The position numbers and the translations under genes were made by a program. From positions 1 through 64,000 of the IMG/VR virus record IMGVR_UViG_3300047551_002099: a DNA stretch of 64,000 nt; one strand, written 5' to 3'. The DNA comes from a virus. Below the pieces are notes generated by a model. The model had not been told where the DNA came from, made no database searches, and saw only the letters and a program-made list of their open reading frames with translations. How positions within the stretch are numbered: position 1 is the first letter of the stretch; every line of letters begins with the position of its first letter. Of the stretch, positions 60,901-64,000 are shown one piece after another.

Positions 60901-63900
60901 GGCTTTAGGAGTTGTCGGTAGCGCTGCATTAATGGGTTACGGAATCTACTCGCTAGCTGACCAAGGCTTCAAGGTTGGGGGTAAAGCCTGGGAGAAATTC
61001 GTCCTGAAGCGGAAGCGGACGGTAGAAGAACAGAAAGCCTATGAGCAACAAAGCCAAGTGTTATCAATGGGCTTTGGCGTTGGGACTTTTGTCTATGCTG
61101 GCTACAACCAAATTAAGAGTCTTCAGGGGGCTCGTCAAGCGGCTAGCGTAGTCAACCAAGCACCGGTCGTTCCGACTGTTCCCGTTCGCCAGGCAGTAGA
61201 TGTAATAGATGATGTCGCTCCGAGAGCCCCCGTCAGCCCGGCTAGAAGTGGGGCAGTGCTAAAGACCGCTGTACCGGCTGCGGTAGCCACCCCTAAACCG
61301 AATATGCTTGGAGCCACTGGCAAGAGCTTTGCGCGTAATCTAAACCCTCGAAGCTTAGTTAAGAACCCTCTAGCTTGGCTGACTGTCGCAGAAGCCGGTA
61401 TAGGGGCGGTAGATGATATGTACGTTAAGAAGAAGTCTTGGCAAAAGACGTTAGTCAACCGGGGCGGACAGCTAGCCTTCGGTTTGTTAGCTTCTGCGGC
61501 AGTAGGGACAGCAATGGGGGCTCTGGTCGCCCTCGGTGTAATTACAATGCCGGCATGGTTAACTACCGCGTTAGTTATCGGTGGGTTAGCCGCAACAGCT
61601 TGGGCAGTCGCTCCTCAGGTGGCTAGTATCTACGGCAAGGTTAAAGAAGACTTCTCGAGTCAGCTAGAGGATAGTAAGACTATCGCTAGCAGAATGGACC
61701 TTAATTCTAGAGAGCAAGCTTCGGCTCGTATCTCTAGTAGCGTAGCGCTCCGGTCGGATGCGACGACCTCTATTAAAGTAAACGCCCGCGCTAGCAGAGA
61801 TTTTGTTGGGTACGGCGATCGCCGAGGTGCTAATAAAGAGTTAGACTTACTTGGCTCGCCAGTAGCTGAATTTTCCCCTATTCCACACGTTCCGCTGCCC
61901 TCCTCACAGCAAGTTATTAATCAGGTTAATAAACCTAATAGAACTACACCTGCTGTAGTCCCAATTAAACCACGCAGCCAGCAAAATATAACTTTTATAC
62001 ATAAAGAGTCTATCTCTGACTCTGACGTACAAGGTTATCTTGTCGGCAAAACGGTAACTAGGGATTTCGATAATATTACTTATGACAACTCCGGATTTAA
62101 TACTGCTTTGTACGAGGGCGCTCGCTACAGAAAAGGTTCTATTTCTGGTGCCGTTTATTTAGGTCCATTAGGAGTCAACAGTAGTAATGCTAAAGGAGAG
62201 GGTTTTGCTAGGTATTACGATAAAGATTCTAAGTATCAGTTTGAGGTTGATACTAAAACCAATAAGATATTTAAGATATTCCCTTCTGGCTCGAAGAAAA
62301 CATTATCTTTACCTACTGGGGTGGAGTTTATACAGACTACGGAACCTGGTGTTACTAATACAAGAAGAATTATAGAAGAGATAAATAATAGCAACCGGCG
62401 TGTTGTCGGCATTATCGGACATGGATTTTTAACGACAGGCTATTCAACCTACCGGCAGAAGGATGGTTCTTATAAAGAGGCTCGTATTGGTAAAGAGGAA
62501 GCTTTACGTATGAGTGGTGTTTACGTTGACGCTAAAGGTGTGACAAATATAGTTCACGGGTTAACAGAAGAGAAGCTGGCTCAGCTTAAAAGAGATAAAG
62601 TCAAGTCGGTAAGTTTATTCGGTATAAAGCCTGTAGAGAGCGGTAAACATAGGTATAACCGAGCGTTCCTGGTAACTAGTAAAAAAGGTGAAGTCCAATA
62701 CGTTTACTTACCGCAAGAAGTTAGACACGAAGATACCCGGAAATACATTAAAAAACAAGTTCCTAACTACAAGGATATTGTTCAGTTTGATGGTGATACC
62801 TTTGCTGGCTATAGTTTAACTGATCCTAAGACAGGTAAGGCAGTACCAGAATCTAGGGGTAAAGTTCCTTATATGTGGGCTCAACCTATATTTCTTACAG
62901 TTCCAGATTCTTCTGTCCGTAAGAAAGATAGTTCTTCTAAGGACAACTCTTTAATAAGAGAAGCCGCTGCTAATAGAATAGGAGAGCTTAAGTCAGAGAT
63001 GACGGAAGAAAAGCTAATACAAAAAGGTTACACAGGCACTAAATTAGAGGCGGTTAAAGTGCTTCAGGGGTTGGATTCAGACCTCGCCGCGGGTATTGCT
63101 TATCTTTACGGTGACGTGGCTAGAGTCAATAAAGCTGATTTACTTAACCCAGATATTCTAAATGAGGCTTTAGGTAAGCCGTTAGCCTCTATGTTTTCTA
63201 GGGGGGCACAAAAAGTCTGGACGAGTGGAAAAGAATGGCTTTCCGGTGTAGGTCAATCTCTAACTAACTCTTTAACAAGGGCACCTATTATCGGAGACCT
63301 ATTCTTTACACCCGCTGCTAAAGCTGGAGAAATCCCTTACGACTTAATGAGCCAGCGCCAACGTCAAGAGGCAGTTGACAAGGAAGTCAAGCGGCGTTCT
63401 GCTGGCAGTCAATATAACCTGAAAGCTATCCAAGGTAAAGAACAGAAAGTTGCTAAGCAGATAGAACGCCCGCGGGCTTGGTGGCGGTCGGAGGACGAAG
63501 AAGTACCGTGGTGGCAGAAACTCTTTAATTTAGCCGCCGGGGCTGTCAGTGTGACTATCAGTGGTATCGGTAGTCTTTTAAAAAGAACTTGGAACTTCCT
63601 TTACAAAACTGGGGCTTCTATCAGTCAAGGTCTTTCCCAAGCTTTGGGAGGGGTTGCCGGTGAGGTAATGGGCCCTGCTGGGATGATAATGCCAGTTATG
63701 AGTGCTTACCAACCTAACCTTACGCCTGAGTTTAGAGAAGCCATTAACAAGACAGCGGCAAATATCGGCATACCGGCTGAGTGGTTAATTGGTATTATGG
63801 CTTTTGAAACTGATGGTACGTTTAATCCAGCTGAGCCCAACAAGATGGGTAGTGGCGCGACCGGACTAATTCAGTTTACGCCTGCAACGGCACGTAATAT

Positions 63901-64000
63901 GTTCGGTAAATCGACAGCGGAGATGGCTAAGATGAGCCAAATTGAGCAGTTAAAGTATGTAGAAAAGTACTTTAAAGCTCAAGTCGGTAAGAAAAAGTTA
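45968..64000 (+). CDS. Giant (>6010 aa, runs off right edge) tape-measure/ejection-like virion protein: degenerate PLD domains, hydrophobic helices, glycosidase-like and lytic transglycosylase domains
   Basis: ATG 45968 (MIQYETSVDGRL...) just after the previous stop; same frame reads open at 64000 (..EKYFKAQVGKKKL) and no stop-terminated ORF is listed in the track. SLT motif WLIGIMAFETDGTF..GSGATGLIQFTP.TA..MSQIEQL.YVEKYF at 63780-63975. Confidence 0.88.
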   Translation, partial: MIQYETSVDGRLKFTLNDQYREIARQESGGNMSLRGTTNREQSPYGVVAYKHDTRKYSDFVQGLENLDVIQFAAPFNNVQKSLSSQPNIATNILESAYENIGLVQRMFPSEVGMLMRTGKLKSLLHDQTYFKSTVQQPIGFYDQQETVIKNQYQASRHQNKDGSNPLIIGHDPLELQHAKSTEGLYSKERYQQIKEEFAAKGLKEPVPTGKAQFTGAMFTDLAVGGLSLSGSGGVLGQYEDYSIGFENPTIVDWISEFRKTGLEKEYFVRESEAARGVKVTGNLSIYEERNKQLRDVAEILKIVDPKGEKGLAQITVGSPSMDWNEFARDSSSKDARQKQSVGTFIKLLQETAKYGSKNVLIMDPSRINIPENEQRRLKRSTYIGKSIRGKAQHSNTMGITMRPITGLTPEQTKLLEAKGLLEKAKTGVHTLNVGNARPTGNYSINQEIIIDMNKADAATRAGAAFIEANIAASHVAFLPRRDIAKEGIAGSMLQQFYMPTFKDSQKSGFTQEGLLPNMPLSMPQSFFRYFKPGTRTHIYSDRYRALTGKYATGLQGDVLRELDAKLSDPGPGNQINYFLRQRDLYEPGKGIIGTAAATVGRFIDTATGFYTMQAIKARESGQLGGSLRELYEKRQYDPYDQTENRGFFENLLTKTAGTLSATTTAMAAYFGVTHAYTMARAQIEQVGVDYVLESIARGHTEGVKSLFITQLLDPSHQELILGASTIYNADIPHLTVRNTGTAMEAYFNLTVNRSLQALQHTQYAGIITDEMIEAVASSDTFGDFVITDSNVTRLNSQIMGDSFEAVMDPTSNKRTMAAVVTRKLSQKLAALPEGAVISESTITPLIDDIYKEMGIDRQSGLIDLGRGTDSLDIKRGTQPAGFSNLAGVRRMDSSNLQHMFLPLLDDMVFDKGAKKYQSAKQNLLRLAQSTPALTYKNTANNIAAASDLRIYNYGYERMRQLAEVFDELATHLPANPLMWIKPIREVFAGSPTTGATTEQTIEHGAITTTRASFKDLIGPGFTGLINIQGEIVREVGRSMKVGLTQQLKDKFELLQTSRAVERSEADLVKQVARHGDVESFINTIWGNDVGDSMFLGHVNRQRRYNQLLRNQRKDYDELLNADTANPAFSGLRKALLGVGTVMIVDRLFDAYVLRPQGVDYFDSVMSDVIGSRSPKAGSEEDAKWQSLYDTEYSNAIPSIIKYPAAAAGFFVGGHLLPSYEATDSLVYEAVSKKYGVAAVNTLMSEAAGAASDDVADALRLSPKVIRSKFGTAGALLGASAALIGSQLAVNYLSAISKPVIRGLDNLFGGRWREEESGLDVDPVKGTAASALANIVQYSVQRQSVNYQKGWGATAEDKTDVYLLNLAAQGLMQSRSKPTQMFYPFATQIASPFFQFATVAKVDPGKNIIQLNTGFQLFPLLGAGLMLPSPITPKVQYTAPLSNRAIANYLKNYPEGIIMPGQPSTMAQHQETEAFVNMQELSKTGSMLLGGGVNLSFDGKPLVYMAMLGAASEFAKSGVDRFLAYKAEEQKWLYEKRQPLYRELQNYETLFHAGRVGLDTLDRVSRAAYSLSVIMPNYLAKAGSAFLGASGGTMHQLGPFARKAAPFALAFGLLGASFRLNDKAMESELPNYSRLQTMFKQKQYEGLTHEMIKADAINIGQVFVGTGLLGTTILSTGAFESARSFGNAYNIVEAGGPSTYIQRQKHKLYSMWLEHLQNQGEVLMPSLEGQTVTSLSKRSVATAEQALGVYGEINQAVGRAGQMQRRHLMKAASQIDLPLIRTAPTRLAMAARRVAPVMVGALAVAQVLATTEGFKDSPWLSLLKNFTSTGSSEYSSEQRAMLTKLGINQPRYQPKNLGDAFNNVRDYVVSSALLPFGGNTFGVYQDNPNPFSPIIGPLGLSLGSEDEARVYSQSQSVAADISGSLYLMPAMTNELANAMNLGPLLSYAKKLEKRPGAASLAKALIRGAGLRTKAAKFKGGPSQSDMQAVSSPELQMALTRRYDRLRNLSWQTSGELMMDVIGEFQRSGRIISDYRDGRIDGTPLNKTTAADTMIYDTLGKMRIVPIGSDGSFRLPKKTTERDLLKFIRTMTAQGAGFGEGVRLEASEDPADIMYGRSQDRGGIPVLSYFGGLFNYAFNSFYDKDTDLLTPDSSNIVGATLMAGSALVLGASFIGTSVSTVIQLAGSLAALSEYGTISDAKTSVRDLRMSVVKKLKQSSFALSSGGGPAIIRPRAHGYSRVLTPAHDIAEETLEQINLKFTGNTAFNRYTSGNALETIVTEEFGNVSRKLANQYSTVESLSDFIVQEVDVLNAQLGDQLNVVVGGESKSIASIFTPGSEAIQGIDSKALTEINQILVSGKHKQTQALEIERVLLNSFHRNLGLITAEGQFVNDGKLPAHQQSAKTQYAKEAAKQAVEQQAAALTGEVTPTYDPSIGFLRSKIQEKGYSGLIAEGTGGALRAAGELINLKAYYEVLSYTAAMGTTDQFERRRASQAAAQNTVQAFGLIIPMQYALGAVRRHPAIAMTVALGAAVAGGVALQNKGFRRFLEKTTRPVFSFLDTYAYKPAVQGLAGMYEGLAKFTPLPQLLRPVTAIFDPIFSGMRRAVQDDPALSMLANFFVPEGVEDFYRRNALLKTRMTPWGDSYEMYSKAEVGQYRAARLTAKRRRARTAQAGIDEDLLHPFLMGRSADVQSISLFEERYLGGDGRIMEQFQTERLTSNLMMMAIRRRQGLVDQHVGGSYMRQPYYKENVHHHFATVAALGTYSYAQTGDVFSAPVNQATRGLEKLYNLHAEIMNRLGPEAGPIIKRTLAGAALGYLAGAQFSHFGETEDERRRNAAIGGLAGSAIGGSTTLFLGPHFAARTEYILSRLGRNPFFRGIAGKAVAFGSAVGNVAKATFKGLGAFANKSFPYASFWGLSTAATYSNYDAAVNWVDGEDPAKKHPLYNPWVKLGISTGVGAVVTLAGYGAAGSQFTSGALAAGIGKSAAALGTAGGYGANWLLSSFLINFMLSNPYTGAAPRALAKTIYDRFGLGRDEDFGNFYNTGVLTSAAVVGSVTPWLSQKTHEDYITRLQRQLGYTDVDADGRAQRAVAELDELKRVLAAVEGTSGAVVAASPESKLQQLGIAPLVGPYNHEYVDEVIQQGIAEKRGRMSLVESLIDAQVQRGFLHNTLRSTKGILKATGHIGTLGFGYVLKGLAKTRRNLGLGFTIMGAGTAGGYLFSQLTANDTDSGAQLETTVSTLGGTYIAAGLYGAFGRHPDQVDVAGTQVIQRLTNWYTQKFGAGPDAPRYQPFRAAWRSLPRKFRRNTRYNFNRGWTWLKERFRDPRSSEAFPDGFTFGRSNFGQQFMQLKDKALPVAAFSIDVLNLYTSTSQINNLKYARSQADFMKAYSSYSSVVATTTFTSLMSLFARNASFSSFAMSTLQMSQISYAAGMRRSDYEYANAVDDPTAFQADKQKDFLMAGGVAGLSLVSAATSYARAGNQLPFQSRIAATLGRRVPFVLQGGSKFAAIADFAALPVAQTAVTGYEIQRIASDRNQKFGYSTNVATDAARNQVDLWAAFLFSVSAMALSRRPTTNSGLWFGKVIPGLTTGGVALAKDAFVPRLQYKLTERFREAGITNTYAQNVITRKAAKSASDNYWLTLGLSTAAAGAIFVLSRGRASKPMLLSLPAVTTSGVALYNYESTLSSEIEKRKAAGLGGLTKDDMVAYREWQQSGAIIPEAWKDSNQYRNWMIHRKDQQRRWDNFSANFFKSNRSFEGLGTQRIQNDWMISKDVLRANAEKMHSKALGKYESNPWATGSAVAGGGVLLGMMLRAQPHRMDGLAVGESFLDKKHIGKLAKFGIGELILPAVAVARKLSTDAEIRKLATRSLSPDVDGEIQFARASADISRMRDVVWQETLLAQMPLGGQSLLGRVTRHAVAHGIGKVIFDFNLNPMLLDLEQKEMLKYVRESRDKNLLTTERMQRALKAQANTNAGTIPALGLTALQMIATGRTNPMLLITGFKDSVLTYVGVKTALQSAIGKKRAVNVLLNKGNTVTGAVPDPTGASNIRAAGVSKEDEESNIVSDYFTNQFMLTTALPRLVPTLVGAGLSMWLNRRAWKHMKGATAKEAPKVEVVEPTQLPVEPEIVTPKPPGGTASKTITTTVHGEPGVTVGPSEPLKPVSTEAVVEPVKPVQPTPPAPTASPKPPQITPTVEPVVSAEPPPVASRQVISKVNPDVITSSGESGSVGLEEQTQNLLNQLRQQDSNPTGINKSKAALNTINNTPVETRQTVAQVTIQRSVHSTEMDSFILDTPDQTKIEKLVNQMRQVQTAFNSLSGQLEPVIRQKTGKDAAQGVIDVWQKRIDQLVEKISASTTNYDALTTYSRFLIELEGSFFMEGNDHFSPLHQGKIGGPVSGFGQANLALLQSALKAPFVQSQQLAFDLYGLSPTQDFTPGMPMPNDTMGLWVFGYVEGSGVDGSGKRDGGVRWNSEAGTSSNFVTLLNRGYHINLYPIIPAEVVTTKPISAPDIKPARPGQSRRLKRNYISPRGVKINKYRDPDSFRQQQASEAQSLSSEKLQANRLNSASSGSVNANSINKTYLETYKESKRQALSTAKTFVSTLSNNELTDFIEDMKSSVEELRSKGLSNLSSDEVNTYGLYSGNLQAAQLDQRRRQQLKPKSQAVEIFKHIRNSVTQDAFNYVITLNDSDLDSFIDETQAKVSQLQQKGFNAFTLEEAADYGMEVGRLRVAKAAKTHRSLEDNTSSTKSSSKQVINKVTNPEPTPAPTVTTPPAPEPIGPGKIETVASAPEITPKPLEQPTPPMLMDMVYGKAKESVTGVISKAKEIGQPFVSKVGQVARGTANQAWDGWTIFDRLEGVDARFGNQGIGGGAGFWTRFGQSAKYELSGRGIVEGGFGIGRNAQTGKVGIQGKGGAMAVAGMGLQLADDILTLDWSRKNFAKSLGTVAKNQATSLAAGVAFGLATAGLGALALSSVPALAALGVVGSAALMGYGIYSLADQGFKVGGKAWEKFVLKRKRTVEEQKAYEQQSQVLSMGFGVGTFVYAGYNQIKSLQGARQAASVVNQAPVVPTVPVRQAVDVIDDVAPRAPVSPARSGAVLKTAVPAAVATPKPNMLGATGKSFARNLNPRSLVKNPLAWLTVAEAGIGAVDDMYVKKKSWQKTLVNRGGQLAFGLLASAAVGTAMGALVALGVITMPAWLTTALVIGGLAATAWAVAPQVASIYGKVKEDFSSQLEDSKTIASRMDLNSREQASARISSSVALRSDATTSIKVNARASRDFVGYGDRRGANKELDLLGSPVAEFSPIPHVPLPSSQQVINQVNKPNRTTPAVVPIKPRSQQNITFIHKESISDSDVQGYLVGKTVTRDFDNITYDNSGFNTALYEGARYRKGSISGAVYLGPLGVNSSNAKGEGFARYYDKDSKYQFEVDTKTNKIFKIFPSGSKKTLSLPTGVEFIQTTEPGVTNTRRIIEEINNSNRRVVGIIGHGFLTTGYSTYRQKDGSYKEARIGKEEALRMSGVYVDAKGVTNIVHGLTEEKLAQLKRDKVKSVSLFGIKPVESGKHRYNRAFLVTSKKGEVQYVYLPQEVRHEDTRKYIKKQVPNYKDIVQFDGDTFAGYSLTDPKTGKAVPESRGKVPYMWAQPIFLTVPDSSVRKKDSSSKDNSLIREAAANRIGELKSEMTEEKLIQKGYTGTKLEAVKVLQGLDSDLAAGIAYLYGDVARVNKADLLNPDILNEALGKPLASMFSRGAQKVWTSGKEWLSGVGQSLTNSLTRAPIIGDLFFTPAAKAGEIPYDLMSQRQRQEAVDKEVKRRSAGSQYNLKAIQGKEQKVAKQIERPRAWWRSEDEEVPWWQKLFNLAAGAVSVTISGIGSLLKRTWNFLYKTGASISQGLSQALGGVAGEVMGPAGMIMPVMSAYQPNLTPEFREAINKTAANIGIPAEWLIGIMAFETDGTFNPAEPNKMGSGATGLIQFTPATARNMFGKSTAEMAKMSQIEQLKYVEKYFKAQVGKKKL

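Noticed and set aside
46656-62375. Numerous 60-120 aa track ORFs on both strands
   Set aside because: All lie inside the continuous >6000-codon plus-strand ORF and have no recognisable motifs.
62783-62797. QFDGD as an RNA polymerase catalytic motif
   Set aside because: Lacks the first Asp and sits in a NAGPA-like context, not a double-psi barrel.
1-64000. Stop-codon reassignment as explanation for apparent ORF-poor flanks
   Set aside because: The flanks are single open frames under the standard code; TAG, TAA and TGA all terminate tightly packed genes normally. No tRNA, rRNA, CRISPR array, integrase or transposase was recognised.

Overview
This window holds the virion-morphogenesis region of a large tailed phage with a contractile tail (myovirus type; free phage or prophage cannot be decided here). 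A plus-strand block (10631-45962) encodes, in order: portal, Mu-I-like prohead protease/scaffold, major capsid protein, head/neck proteins, a very large tail sheath, tail tube, baseplate hub/spike/wedge proteins, a collagen-like tail fibre and terminase large subunit. Two giant genes flank this block, point outward and run off the window edges, so the ORF track omits them. The left gene (minus strand, ATG 9217, >3070 aa) follows a tail-assembly-chaperone pair joined by a lambda-type G GGA AAG -1 frameshift site, i.e. it sits in the tape-measure position. It begins with a tandem PLD (HKD) domain, followed by a colinear series of motifs resembling RNA polymerase beta then beta', suggesting a single-chain two-barrel virion RNA polymerase whose catalytic DxDxD would lie just outside the window. 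The right gene (plus strand, ATG 45968, >6010 aa) begins with a degenerate tandem PLD domain, then many Gly/Ala hydrophobic helices, cassette-like inserts, a phosphodiester-glycosidase-like domain and a lytic transglycosylase. Also seen: a 15-bp palindrome CACGAAC-N-GTTCGTG in three copies, a mini-ORF that copies the capsid C-terminal motif, a stand-alone ATP-synthase-like beta-barrel, and apparent GATC avoidance. All protein assignments are by-eye motif recognition; no database search was run.
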